This document shows, piece by piece, positions 1-10,321 of a stretch of 64,000 nucleotides of DNA (its first letter is position 1; each line of letters begins with the position of its first letter). The stretch is from assembly GCA_963705725.1 (NCBI GenBank), contig CAVPKM010000010.1:12264-76263 (forward strand). Direction: 5' to 3'. This DNA is from an uncultured Gammaproteobacteria bacterium (GTDB lineage Bacteria; Pseudomonadota; Gammaproteobacteria; UBA6002). Below the pieces are notes generated by a model. The model was not told the origin of the DNA. It made no database searches and saw nothing but the letters and a program-made list of their open reading frames with translations. Made by a program: the position numbers and the translations under genes.

Positions 1-270
1 CGCATTTAATCTACTTGCAACATTGCTTAACCTAAATTTATTTTTGGCTTGAATTACAGACTCGGTACAAATGCGAACTGGAAACGTGATTTTGGTTTAA
101 TTTAGTACTAATTCGGTTTGAAGTTAATTACGTTATCTAATAAATATCCAGAGTTATTTAAAACAAGTAAATTACTACAAATATAGATTTTATATGGACT
201 TTGGCAGTATCAGTATTGATGAAATTAAGCAATGGTACACCAATCACTGATCGCATAATTAGGGTTTGCA

Positions 271-515
271 CTACAAATTAAAATGGCTAATGTTAATACC
301 CCCACAAGCGATAACAAGAATAGATTCTGATGAATGAATAATCGGGTGATTATCATAGACCACAGACATCGAAGCTCCACTTGAAAGCTCTACCAACATG
401 CGCTGATCTTTTGCAAAATAACGACTGCCCTGTTCTGCGTCCGCATCGCTGACGACTATGTTTTTAATCACATTCTCTTTTGCCCATTGCATGAGCCTTG
501 GTGTAACACTTTTTG
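271..515 (-). pseudogene. C-terminal fragment of PLP-dependent L-serine/threonine dehydratase, 5' part removed at IS66 end
   Basis: Motifs VVSDADA, RMLVELSSGASMS and VIACGG are typical of the fold-type II dehydratase C-terminus; the frame stays open (KSVTPRLM) up to the IS66 terminus at 516. Confidence 0.7.
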
Positions 516-592
516 GTATCCGCTAATTTAACCACCCACTTATGCTATAACGTAAGTTCTTGCATACTCCTGTTTTTTTAAAGGAGTAGCGC

Positions 593-945
593 ATGACAGC
601 AACCCATAATTCGCCTTCTCAAAAAACTCTGGCATTAAATATGGAAAAATGGCGATCAATAATTACAGATTGGGAATTAAGCAAAGAAAGTCAAAAAAAA
701 TATTGTGAGCGGTTAGGGATAAGTTTAAATACTTTTACGCATGCCCGTAGCAAGTTAATTCGAGATAAAAAAATAAACCCGCGTTTATTCCTCTCTCTTT
801 GAATCCAATCGAGATTCAAAATTCTTCGAGCATTAATACCGTGATTATTGAAAACCCGAAGGGATTTAAACTCCATGTTTCATCAGAATTATCGTTAGAT
901 CGTTTAGTGAAAATTTTTAAATTATGTGGGTGGTTAAATGCTTAA
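593..945 (+). pseudogene. tnpA: IS66 accessory TnpA, frameshifted
   Basis: One A missing near 777 (AAATAAACCC vs AAATAAAACCC in the intact copy at 30364..30717). Confidence 0.85.
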
Positions 946-1294
946 GTTACGAGACGAAGTAAAAATTTATGTGAGCATGGAGCCTATAGATGCGAGAAAA
1001 AGCATTGATAGTTTATGTATCCTTATTGTCGAAAATTTTAAGGATAATCCACAATGTGGGAGCCTCTTTATTTTTTTTAATAAATCACGAGATAAAGTAA
1101 AAATTATTTGGTGGGATGCAAATGGTTTTATTCTACATTACAAGCGCCTTGAAAAAGGACGCTTTGTTCTGCCAAAATTAAGTGGAATTGATAAACTAGA
1201 AATTTCACAAACTCAGCTTCACGGTTTATTGGCAGGTTTAGATTTCTCACTCATGCGCCATTTTCCTGAAATAAATTATTATCAATATGCATAA
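938..1294 (+). CDS. tnpB: IS66 accessory protein TnpB
   Basis: DARKSIDSL, FIFFNKSRDKVKIIWWD and KRLEKGRF motifs of IS66 Orf2. Confidence 0.95.
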   Translation: MLKLRDEVKIYVSMEPIDARKSIDSLCILIVENFKDNPQCGSLFIFFNKSRDKVKIIWWDANGFILHYKRLEKGRFVLPKLSGIDKLEISQTQLHGLLAGLDFSLMRHFPEINYYQYA

Positions 1295-1334
1295 AACAGT
1301 GAGGCATAGTGGAAAATTATAGTATCATGTCTCC

Positions 1335-2882
1335 ATGGATAGATCTCATGAATTACAAGCGATATCAAAAGAAGAATTAATTAAAATAATTCAACAAAAA
1401 AACACCCTCCTTTTTGAACAAGCAAAACAAATTCAATTTTTAGAAGAGCAAATTCTTGCCTATCGACTTCGCCAATTTGCCAATAAATCCGAGAAAATTA
1501 ATCCTAATCAAATTTCTCTTTTTGATGAGGCGGTATTGCCTAAATCAGAAGAGAAAATCTTATCACAAGAAGAAGTCATCACGGTTGCTTCTTATACTAA
1601 AAGTAAGCAGGTAGGGAGAAGAGCACTACCTGCAGAATTATTTCGTATACCTCGAATCTATGATTTATCTGAAGATGAAAAAATTTGTCAATGCGGTTGT
1701 GCATTAACTCACATTAAAGATGAAAAAAGCGAGCAACTCGAAATTATTCCAGCAAAAATTTATGTCATCGAGCATATCAGAAAAAAATATGCCTGCAAAA
1801 AATGTCAAGAAACCATTAAGCTAGCAAAACAACCTGCTGCACCTATTCCAAGGAGTATTGCAGCAAGTGGATTATTAAGTCACGTATTGGTTTCAAAATT
1901 TCAAGATCACTTGCCGCTATTTCGCCAAGAAAAAATATTAAAACGCATTGGTGTGGATATTCCTCGAGCCACATTATGTTTATGGGTGATCAAGTGTGCT
2001 GAACTTTTGCTGCCGATTTTAAAACTAATGCATGATCGAATATTAACTTATGATATTGCTTATGTTGATGAAACCACATTGCAAGTTATTAAAGAACAGA
2101 ATAAAAGTATAAAAAGTAAAAAATACATGTGGCTTTATTCAGGCGGACCCAAAGCACAATTTGTTTATTACTACCAATATCATCCTTCACGCTCACACGA
2201 AGTCGCCGATGCTTTTTTTGCGGATTTTTCAGGCTACTTACACTGTGATGGCTTCATTGGGTATGACACATTAGCGGGAAAAAGAAAAACGATAAAACTG
2301 GTTGGCTGTTGGTATCACGCGAGACGAAAATTTATTGAAGTTACAAAGCTCATGCCAAATAAAGAAGGGGTGGCTTGGCATATTGTTAAACTCATTGCAA
2401 AACTCAGCGTGATTGAAGAAGAAATAAAAATCTTATCTGCTGCAGAAAAACAGGCTATTCGACAAGCGAAATCGAAAGTGATTATCAATGAAATACAGGA
2501 TTATCTCATCAAACATCAATCTATTATTCCACCAAAAAGTTTATTAGGAGAAGCGGTAGGTTATACACTCAATCAATGGCCAAAATTATTAAGATTTCTT
2601 GATGATGGACGTCTCGATATTAGTAATAATCTTTCTGAGCGAGGCATTAAACCTTTTGTAATCGGCAGAAAAGGTTGGCTCTTTGCTGATAGTGTGGCTG
2701 GCGCTCATGCAGCAGCAACAATTTTTAGCATCATTGAAACTTGCAAGTATCATCAAGTTGAGCCTTATGATTATTTGCGATATGTGCTTGATGTCATACC
2801 CCGATGCAACACGATTGAAGATTACGAAAAACTCCTTCCTTATAATATTGATCGAGCACTGCTGGTTAGCCAAGTGCGCTGA
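1335..2882 (+). CDS. tnpC: IS66 DDE transposase TnpC
   Basis: Zn finger (CQCG...CKKC), DET, CDG, CWYHARRKF and NNLSERGIK motifs. Confidence 0.96.
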   Translation: MDRSHELQAISKEELIKIIQQKNTLLFEQAKQIQFLEEQILAYRLRQFANKSEKINPNQISLFDEAVLPKSEEKILSQEEVITVASYTKSKQVGRRALPAELFRIPRIYDLSEDEKICQCGCALTHIKDEKSEQLEIIPAKIYVIEHIRKKYACKKCQETIKLAKQPAAPIPRSIAASGLLSHVLVSKFQDHLPLFRQEKILKRIGVDIPRATLCLWVIKCAELLLPILKLMHDRILTYDIAYVDETTLQVIKEQNKSIKSKKYMWLYSGGPKAQFVYYYQYHPSRSHEVADAFFADFSGYLHCDGFIGYDTLAGKRKTIKLVGCWYHARRKFIEVTKLMPNKEGVAWHIVKLIAKLSVIEEEIKILSAAEKQAIRQAKSKVIINEIQDYLIKHQSIIPPKSLLGEAVGYTLNQWPKLLRFLDDGRLDISNNLSERGIKPFVIGRKGWLFADSVAGAHAAATIFSIIETCKYHQVEPYDYLRYVLDVIPRCNTIEDYEKLLPYNIDRALLVSQVR

Positions 2883-2908
2883 AAGGGCTGATTAATTAGC
2901 GGATACGT

Positions 2909-3345
2909 CATTTCGATAACTGGACACTGAATCATGATTTAGGGGGAATGAAACATTATCTGAATAATAATCCCGTTAATGTACTTGAGATTATGATAAG
3001 TGATTATAATCACGAAAGGTGTGAGATTCTAATCAGTGCTGGCTATAGAGAATCCCCTAATGCACTTTCACTAGTTCAGAGAACAATCGGCAATTACTAG
3101 AAGCACTTCAAAATCATGGGATAACAGCTGATCTTAATGGTGGCGGTACCCTTGTAGTTTTTCCTAGTGCAGAATTAGATTATCTAAATATGTTTAATCT
3201 AGAGACCTCTGCAGAGGAATTAGTTCAGGTTCTCCCTCAAATATTAGATGCTTTACAAGATATAGAACCCTCGATTGTTGCTATTCGGGATGATGTGATG
3301 GATACATTTCCTGAGCGCCATCCTGGTCCAGAAATAACTGGTTAA
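2909..3345 (+). pseudogene. 5'-truncated, frameshifted hypothetical gene remnant
   Basis: Frame HFDNWTLNHDLGG... opens at the IS66 end; a second frame ENNRQLLEALQNHG...PEITG* runs from about 3080 to TAA at 3345. Confidence 0.5.
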
Positions 3346-3556
3346 TGCTACTTCGTTAAGTTTTAGCCAGCAAAGTTAGTTGTCACGAGCTGCAATGTTA
3401 GTTGACATTTGACGATCAGCACCCTAAAGGAACCATCAAACCGCAATAGCATGGCCCCCGCCACTTCACAACGGCTTCAAAGCAAGTAAAAAATAAATTT
3501 TAACACTTTAAAAAAGTGCAAAACCCCCTGAATACCACCTGAATTAATGACATCCA

Positions 3557-5683
3557 CTAACTAGACTCTATCGGATTCACATCAAATTTACCCTTGAAAT
3601 AATCATGCTGATAATACCGCACTTTTTTACACTTAATCGGAGGCAGGCCATGCATGAAAATAAACTGCTCCTCTGAGTTAAGCTCTCGGATTTCATTTAG
3701 CGGAATTAAATCCACGCCAGTCTCTTGATAACTTTCTCCTTCTCCAGATGAAACCGTTCCGCCTACCCATTGCATTTTTTGTTTGGAATCTCCTTCATTG
3801 GAAGAAAGTGTTTTCGTCATAATCGTTTTTTTTCCGCCTAATGCTTGTATCCATTGCAGGGTTTCTACATCATCATTGGTAAAAATCTGCTTAATCGGTG
3901 CACCCATAAAAAGATCCGGTTTTTTATAAAGCTTAATTTGACTTAAGGTTTGAAACACGGTCCACACCACTAATTTTCTTGCTCTTAATACTTCAATGGC
4001 TTGTTCTACATCGGGACAGTAACCCAGCTGCGCCAATTCATCTAAAAGAAATAACATCTTCTCTTTGGGCAGTTTACTTGGAGGCGTTTGGACAATTAAA
4101 CTGGTCAAGAGTGAAAGTAGCATCCTGACAAAGCGTTGGTGTTCTTTAATTTGATCTTCCGGTAAAATCACATAGATATCCATTTGTCCGGTCATAAATT
4201 TGTTCAAATCAACATTACTTTTAGCTAACAGGGCGTTAATATTGGTATCACTCATCCAATCAATTTGCCGATAACTGGTCGATAAAATGCTCCCTCGCTC
4301 ATCGACCCCTACTCGAGAAATTTGATTCGCTGCCGCTGCTGCTCGCCCGGAGAGTGTGGCCATATGTTGAAACGTCTCATTGGCCTGGTCTTGATGCTCA
4401 GAAAGTAATGCATATAAAGTTTTCAGGTTACGCGCCGCTTTAGGCAAAGCCCGCATCATGTAATCAATCAAGCCGCGAATTAAAATCTTGGCATTCTCAT
4501 CAAAATGCTGGCTACTCCCGCCTTCATTAATAATAAACGAAGCGGCAAACGCATTAATCATGCGATCACGAAGTTTTGGGTCTTCGGGTATCCAATCAAA
4601 GGGATTCAATGTGTAATCATTAAGGAGCGCCTTATCTTTTCCTTTTGCAAAATCAGGGGATCGGGTTAATCCATAAGGGTCGAGGGCCACGACCGCTTTG
4701 TTAAAGGCTTCCCTTCTAAACCGGCTAGTCACTGCCCAAAGCTCCCCTTTAATATCGAATACAAAACAATTGCCCGGATGGCTTAATAAGACATTAACCG
4801 AAGAACACGAGGTCTTCCCGCCGCCTTGCGGAGAAAGCGTTAATTTATTCAAAAGCGGCAAGTAAAGGCTTCGCCCGTTTTCATCCTGGCCACTTAAAAT
4901 GGCATGATGACCCTCATAGAAACCAGCTCGTTTTATTTCCTCATCCTTTACAAAACGCGCACTGCCAAAACTGTTTGAGGTTTCTGCCTCTATAACTAAC
5001 ACCTTATTGTTAACTAGCTGGCACATTCGGTAGAGTAAAAAAAGCATGAAGAACAAGGGCGATAACAAAATAAACAGGTTTTTTGCATGAAACATCATAT
5101 GCGCCGCTAGGCTGAGTTCAGTAGGATCCTGCTTTTTTACTTCAAAAAATACTGACAATAAGATGAATGTACAAAATAAGCCGACAACCAGCGCATGCTG
5201 CTTCGCTAACTTTTTCACATCCTGATGAAAGGATTTTTTCAGAAAATAATTTAAAATTAAGGTCCCGCTTAAACTGAAAAGATAACTGAAAACCAGACAG
5301 AACAATAACGGCGAACCGATTCGAAATATTGTTTCTTCGCTATGAATAAAAAGTAGGAGAGGCACTAAGGCAAAAAAAATTAACCCCCACCCTAAAAATT
5401 TTGTGACATTTCGCCCTACCCTTAACAAGACTTCAGATGAAAAAAATGATGCGCTTTTTTGGTTCGCTTGAATGATTAACAATCCTGCAAGTAGCAAAAC
5501 AATAACAATAAGCTGAAATGTCCAAGAAGTGTGAAATAAATAGAAAATCGCCTCGTCCAAAAACCCTGCCTGTTTTTGCTCCCACCCTATTTTGATCATC
5601 GACAATAATTGAAAAAATAGGCTGCCGATATCAAGCCAAACAAAAATTTTTAGCAAAGCAGAAAGCGTGACTCTCATAAGCAC
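3557..5683 (-). CDS. traG: Type IV coupling protein VirD4/TraG with extended multi-TM N-terminus
   Basis: FGSARF, Walker A SPQGGGKT, FDIKGEL, Walker B LLDELAQLG; last gene of the trb operon. Confidence 0.9.
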   Translation of the reverse strand: MLMRVTLSALLKIFVWLDIGSLFFQLLSMIKIGWEQKQAGFLDEAIFYLFHTSWTFQLIVIVLLLAGLLIIQANQKSASFFSSEVLLRVGRNVTKFLGWGLIFFALVPLLLFIHSEETIFRIGSPLLFCLVFSYLFSLSGTLILNYFLKKSFHQDVKKLAKQHALVVGLFCTFILLSVFFEVKKQDPTELSLAAHMMFHAKNLFILLSPLFFMLFLLYRMCQLVNNKVLVIEAETSNSFGSARFVKDEEIKRAGFYEGHHAILSGQDENGRSLYLPLLNKLTLSPQGGGKTSCSSVNVLLSHPGNCFVFDIKGELWAVTSRFRREAFNKAVVALDPYGLTRSPDFAKGKDKALLNDYTLNPFDWIPEDPKLRDRMINAFAASFIINEGGSSQHFDENAKILIRGLIDYMMRALPKAARNLKTLYALLSEHQDQANETFQHMATLSGRAAAAANQISRVGVDERGSILSTSYRQIDWMSDTNINALLAKSNVDLNKFMTGQMDIYVILPEDQIKEHQRFVRMLLSLLTSLIVQTPPSKLPKEKMLFLLDELAQLGYCPDVEQAIEVLRARKLVVWTVFQTLSQIKLYKKPDLFMGAPIKQIFTNDDVETLQWIQALGGKKTIMTKTLSSNEGDSKQKMQWVGGTVSSGEGESYQETGVDLIPLNEIRELNSEEQFIFMHGLPPIKCKKVRYYQHDYFKGKFDVNPIESS

Positions 5684-6276
5684 TCCTCCCTGAACCGCCC
5701 TTGCAGTGACTTAAAATAGGCCAGGTAGGCTTTTGTCTCCTGAGGGAGGGGTAATTCCTCAATGGGAAGAGTCGGCGCTTTAATTAACAGGCGTTTAACG
5801 CGATTTTCCCCTGCATTGTAAGCGGCAATGGCAAGTTCCCAGCTGCCAAACTTTTGATGGAGCTGGTTAAGATAAATAAGCGCGCCTTTTGTCGAGGCAT
5901 TCAGGTTAAAGCGATCTTCTTCTGTCAATCCTAATGATTTAGCTGTCGCTGGCATCAGTTGCCAGAGTCCGGCTGCTCCTTTTTTAGAAATAGCCTGTTG
6001 CGTATAGTGACTTTCGATCAGGGGAAGGAAGGCTAGCGATTTGGGCAGATGTTGCTCTGCGAGTTTTGCCAGAATAAACGTAAGCTGACCTTGTTCAAGC
6101 GCTTGGTTAATTGAATAATCTATTACATTTTTTTTCCGATGAGAAAAAGTCCGCGTTTTCACTTCCTCCCTACTTCCGAGATACACCCTATTCCCTTGCA
6201 CCTGCTTAACCACTACCTCTCTTGCCTCAATTGCAGAAAAATAACCAAAAAGCAAAATAAGCAACATGCACTTCAC
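5674..6276 (-). CDS. Lytic transglycosylase (SLT, VirB1-like role)
   Basis: IES, GAAGLWQLMPATA and AAYNAGE SLT motifs; signal peptide. Confidence 0.92.
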   Translation of the reverse strand: MKCMLLILLFGYFSAIEAREVVVKQVQGNRVYLGSREEVKTRTFSHRKKNVIDYSINQALEQGQLTFILAKLAEQHLPKSLAFLPLIESHYTQQAISKKGAAGLWQLMPATAKSLGLTEEDRFNLNASTKGALIYLNQLHQKFGSWELAIAAYNAGENRVKRLLIKAPTLPIEELPLPQETKAYLAYFKSLQGRFREECL

Positions 6277-7388
6277 GGTTTAGCCCAATAAGGCGTATCA
6301 AAAACCAGGTCCTTGGTGACGGTGATGTTAAATAAATAGCCAGGGCGGATCGTCAAGGTGGGGTCAATGTCTGCAGTTTTTGATAAAAATTTGGAACCCG
6401 CTTCAGATAATTGTTGGCTCGCACTTTGCGAGAATAACTCCCCTACCGTTAAGGGATTAAGGTGGGGATTTACAGCCTGCCTTTCTTCTCCTAGCGATAA
6501 TAGACTCATTAAAAAAGCCGACCTCAGTAATGCGCCATAATGGTTATCTACTTTATCTTTTAAGCCAGCATACCCTTCCAGATCACTGCCCGGCATCCCT
6601 CCTAAACGGATACTGTCACCACTTGGTAAAATAATACGCTGCCAAATTAAGAATAATCGCTTTTGTCCAAAGCAAAGTTTTGATTCATAGTTTCCGATCA
6701 GTTTTGATCCTTGCGGAATCAGTAAATATTGACCATGAATCGAGTCATACACCGAGGTTCTGACCATGGCCATCACTTGACCCGGGAGGCTTGAATTAAT
6801 TCCCGTCATTAATATTCCCGGAATAATCGTGCCTGCTTGTAGCACATATGGAGCGGCATTTTTTTCAATAGCAGGTGAATCAGCCTGCACACTTTTTTCT
6901 TGAATTGTTTCATTTGGGTTTTCATTTGAACCACTTCCTGCATGATTTTCCTCTCCATTGTTAGCTTCTTTTGCTAAAGCTTGCGCTTGATTATTTTCGG
7001 CAACAATTTGATTACTGCTGATACTGGCTGCCATGGCTTTTCGCTCTTCTTCTAAACTAGGGGGAATCATATTAGGTGCAGAAGCTTTCTCATCCAACGG
7101 CGAATCATCTTGTTTAGGTGCGGGCAAATTAATCAGGGAAGACTTCGGCAAGTCTTTAAATCGTTTCGCTTCATTTTGATACCAATCCCGATCCAACTGA
7201 CTGGCTATCGAAAATAACGTCGGCTTTTTTTTATCGACCGGATGGTGCAATGCAAAAAAAGTACGCACCAGATTAATTAACGCAATCAACAAAAGACCTG
7301 TCATCAACCCCATCAATACCCACTTCCAAATGGGGCGAAGCGAGACTAACGCTGTTGAGTTTTGCTTGATTTGACTGGCTTTACCCAT
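6273..7388 (-). CDS. trbI: TrbI/VirB10 outer-membrane core protein
   Basis: AGTIIPG, LLIPQGSKLIG, GYAGLKDKVDNHY and PTLTIRPG motifs; N-terminal TM. Confidence 0.93.
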   Translation of the reverse strand: MGKASQIKQNSTALVSLRPIWKWVLMGLMTGLLLIALINLVRTFFALHHPVDKKKPTLFSIASQLDRDWYQNEAKRFKDLPKSSLINLPAPKQDDSPLDEKASAPNMIPPSLEEERKAMAASISSNQIVAENNQAQALAKEANNGEENHAGSGSNENPNETIQEKSVQADSPAIEKNAAPYVLQAGTIIPGILMTGINSSLPGQVMAMVRTSVYDSIHGQYLLIPQGSKLIGNYESKLCFGQKRLFLIWQRIILPSGDSIRLGGMPGSDLEGYAGLKDKVDNHYGALLRSAFLMSLLSLGEERQAVNPHLNPLTVGELFSQSASQQLSEAGSKFLSKTADIDPTLTIRPGYLFNITVTKDLVFDTPYWAKP

Positions 7389-7392
7389 CTTG

Positions 7393-8331
7393 TTAGGCCT
7401 TTTGGTTAATCAGTGTTAATGAGGCTTGATGCTTTCCTGCCCCGCTAATTAATAGCGCCTTTGAAAAAACTTGATCGATCACAAAGTAAGGGGCGTTAAA
7501 GCGATAATTCGCCATCTGCATTTGATGGTGACATTGCACAAAGAGGGCCGGTAAATTTGCTTTTTTCATTTGATCATTAAATTCAATAAAGGTGTGCCGG
7601 CCATCATCGAAAATCCGAATGGGCGTCCAGCTCGGTTGCTGACTAAAAAAAGGGGCGCGAATTTTATAATCAAAATTTAAATGGCGGGGATCAATTGCAT
7701 TGTCACTTTCATTGAGCGGGGCCCCTTCCATTAACTGATTGCGTTTAGTATTACTCGCTTGATTCAGGCTCTGTTGAAGATCCTCGGGATACCAAAAACG
7801 CACATCTCGAAAATAATGGGGGCTTTGCCGGGAGACTAACTTGATCGTATAGAAACGCTTATCGGTCATGATCACCAAATCCGTACTAATATTGGGCAGT
7901 GCGGGTTTCACCATTACATGGGCTCGGCGCTTTTCTTTTCCGGAATAAGCGAGAGAATAAGACCAGCGCATCGGATCACCTGAACTCACATTGGTGACCC
8001 ATTCCCCGGCCTCTAAAGTAATCACCGACAGCTCAAAGGGGCTGGCCGGCACAATCGGTTGCTGCGCCCCGTAAGCAAACGCCACAAACCCTTCTGTAAT
8101 AATATTTGGCGCTTTACCCGTTTTTAAATATGTGTGATAGGCTTTTTCTAAGGCAGAATCATTGCCGGTTTGCAAAGAAAAAGAGGGAAGAGGCGGTTTC
8201 AATAAGATCGGTTGATAAACGATTTGTCTGGCTGCATTAAAAGGCAGCAGGCTTTCTTTAGCAAACGTGCTTGCTGTCAATAAGAGAAAACAAAAAATTA
8301 AGGGTCGCTGCTTATTGAGGTTTTTTTTCAT
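7393..8331 (-). CDS. trbG: TrbG/VirB9
   Basis: GDPMRW, VKP, TDKRFY, LNFDY, WTPIRIFDDG and NYR motifs. Confidence 0.92.
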   Translation of the reverse strand: MKKNLNKQRPLIFCFLLLTASTFAKESLLPFNAARQIVYQPILLKPPLPSFSLQTGNDSALEKAYHTYLKTGKAPNIITEGFVAFAYGAQQPIVPASPFELSVITLEAGEWVTNVSSGDPMRWSYSLAYSGKEKRRAHVMVKPALPNISTDLVIMTDKRFYTIKLVSRQSPHYFRDVRFWYPEDLQQSLNQASNTKRNQLMEGAPLNESDNAIDPRHLNFDYKIRAPFFSQQPSWTPIRIFDDGRHTFIEFNDQMKKANLPALFVQCHHQMQMANYRFNAPYFVIDQVFSKALLISGAGKHQASLTLINQKA

Positions 8332-8347
8332 CGTATTTCCGCCTTTT

Positions 8348-9064
8348 TTATTGAATTTTTGACCAAGAAAGGGCTGTCACGTAAATGCCAAAGGGATTGG
8401 TCGTTAAAAACTTGGCATTTGGCGCTGACTGCAGGAGGGTCAGCGTACCCAGATAGCGAGAGGTCTGACAGATGGCCCCGCCGTTTCGACTTTTTTCCAC
8501 CTCATCCCAGGTCACCTGCCACGTATTGGCCCCAATTTTTAAACTATTCAAAATCACGACGCTAACCGTGGCGGTTTCTGCTTTTTCAAAAGGGTTATGA
8601 TGGGTGTAGTAATCCCGTAAAAAATTTAACGTGTCGTTGGCTGAGAATGCATAAGTTTTATCCAGGAGAGACTTTTCTGCCTGTGCATCCCCCAAAATGG
8701 TTCTAGCGCTCGTAATAAATTCGTTAATCGAATATTGAATTAACTTGTCAGCACTCGGTAATTGCTCTAAGGGCTTTGCGATACCAATTGGCATCCCGCG
8801 AGAGAGTTCCACCACAAAAGGTTTAATGGTTGAGGCCGTACTTAATTTAATGGTAAGAAGAAGTAAAATAAAATTAATGACAAACAGCGCAAGACAGGCA
8901 AGCTGCCAATGCTTTCGTGCTTGACTTAAATTTAAATAGCGATCATTCCAGATGCGTTTACCGTTTGAACGATCTAAATAAGGGTTGAGGTTGGCTGGAT
9001 TTGGCTGATCGCTCTGTGGCATTTTATTATTTTTCTTCTTGTTTTTATTCAACACAAATTTCAT
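8348..9064 (-). CDS. trbF: TrbF/VirB8
   Basis: NPYL...WNDRY, TM helix, TWQVTWDE and NPFGIYV motifs. Confidence 0.9.
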   Translation of the reverse strand: MKFVLNKNKKKNNKMPQSDQPNPANLNPYLDRSNGKRIWNDRYLNLSQARKHWQLACLALFVINFILLLLTIKLSTASTIKPFVVELSRGMPIGIAKPLEQLPSADKLIQYSINEFITSARTILGDAQAEKSLLDKTYAFSANDTLNFLRDYYTHHNPFEKAETATVSVVILNSLKIGANTWQVTWDEVEKSRNGGAICQTSRYLGTLTLLQSAPNAKFLTTNPFGIYVTALSWSKIQ

Positions 9065-10317
9065 GCGGGTAACTCCTCTCGTGACTCACTTTCGCTTTTT
9101 TCTTCTTGATCAGTTGAGGCATAGACTTCCCCGGCTGCTGGATGGAGGTTGGCATGTTTAGCTTGCAGGCGCGCGCTTTCTGCTTGATCAAATAAGCGCT
9201 CCGCTACCCCAGTAATATGCTGGTGCGAAGCCGCGACGCCCTGCCCACCTATTCCTTTTTGAAAACTCTGTTTGACGTGGTCTTGAAAAGAGGTGGAAGA
9301 CGCTTTTGCCAAATCTACTGCGCCTTGCATTCCTCCTTTTGCGACACTGCCTATCGCGCCCTCCCCGCTTTTTCGATGACGCGTCATCTGCATCGCACTG
9401 TTATAGAAGGCGCTACCCATCATCTTGGCTACTTGGGGCAGGCCCGTTAAGCTCCCGGCTTGTTTGGCAAAACGGGTTGCTTGCCTCATCTGCCCGCTTC
9501 CTCGCAGCAGAGAAGTAGTGAGGCTACCTGCGTCTGCCCCGTAATGATCCTGCACCGCAATCGAGGCAATTCTGGCTAACTGGTTCGGTAAATTTTTGGC
9601 CAGGAGCCAAAATAACAAACAGGAAGCCACCACCCAGACATATTGATCAAACGAAATCATTTCTACCGGAATGGTGCTTGCCATAAACTCAATGGTGCGA
9701 CTGCCTGCCCCAACAACGAGGTAGATGCCAAGCAAACGAAAACAGTTTCCCAAGATGACATCTAATGTGAGTCTTGCGATATTGCTGGTAGTGCTTAATG
9801 CACTGAAACTTAATAATAAGGAGGAGAGAGAAATTAAGGCTGTGGTAGTAATCAAGGTTAACGCCAGCTCTAAGGCGATCGTTAAAAATGTAAATAGAAT
9901 GATCAAATAGGCAATCAAGATAATCACCGCACTCCAGCCAAAGGTGAGCAGACTCGATTTGGCTAAGGGCATCAGGGTTTTATTCCCCAAGCTGATTCCC
10001 ATACTAATGAGAGAGGAAGGGTCAAGCGGAATCCCGGTTAACTGCTGGCCCATCACATGGACCGATTCAAGCAAGGAAAAAAGCCAATCGGGATGTAGCA
10101 TCAAGGTATAGAAAATTAATATACCCATAAAACGTTTAATAAATGCGCCAACGCTCTGGGTGAACCCCGCTTGATCAAAGGCGTACCACAGGCACATCCA
10201 GCTGACGTTCATGACCATGAGGCTCCAAAAAATCGTTTGTCCCCAACCCAGAAAAAGTTGGGAGAATTGACTGAAGCTCACTAAATAATTATGCGTGGCG
10301 CTGGTAAAGGTATCCAT
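9061..10317 (-). CDS. trbL: TrbL/VirB6 inner-membrane protein (likely start at MDTFT, 10317)
   Basis: Multiple TM helices, DPSSLISMG, Gly/Ala-rich C-terminal tail; lies between trbJ and trbF. Confidence 0.85.
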   Translation of the reverse strand: MDTFTSATHNYLVSFSQFSQLFLGWGQTIFWSLMVMNVSWMCLWYAFDQAGFTQSVGAFIKRFMGILIFYTLMLHPDWLFSLLESVHVMGQQLTGIPLDPSSLISMGISLGNKTLMPLAKSSLLTFGWSAVIILIAYLIILFTFLTIALELALTLITTTALISLSSLLLSFSALSTTSNIARLTLDVILGNCFRLLGIYLVVGAGSRTIEFMASTIPVEMISFDQYVWVVASCLLFWLLAKNLPNQLARIASIAVQDHYGADAGSLTTSLLRGSGQMRQATRFAKQAGSLTGLPQVAKMMGSAFYNSAMQMTRHRKSGEGAIGSVAKGGMQGAVDLAKASSTSFQDHVKQSFQKGIGGQGVAASHQHITGVAERLFDQAESARLQAKHANLHPAAGEVYASTDQEEKSESESREELPA

Positions 10318-10321
10318 TCCT

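Larger units (their letters stand above)
516..2906 (+). mobile_element. IS66-family insertion sequence, copy 1 (2391 bp)
   Basis: Terminal IRs GTATCCGCTAATT / AATTAGCGGATAC; tnpA-tnpB-tnpC organisation; near-identical to 30287..32677; flanks ACTTTTTG and GTCATTTC do not match, so no TSD. Confidence 0.95.

Noticed and set aside
1-270. Possible gene end at the window start
   Set aside because: No ORF or motif long enough to identify
938-1294. TnpB as an RNA-guided nuclease
   Set aside because: This is the 118-aa IS66 accessory TnpB, unrelated to IS200/IS605 RuvC TnpB
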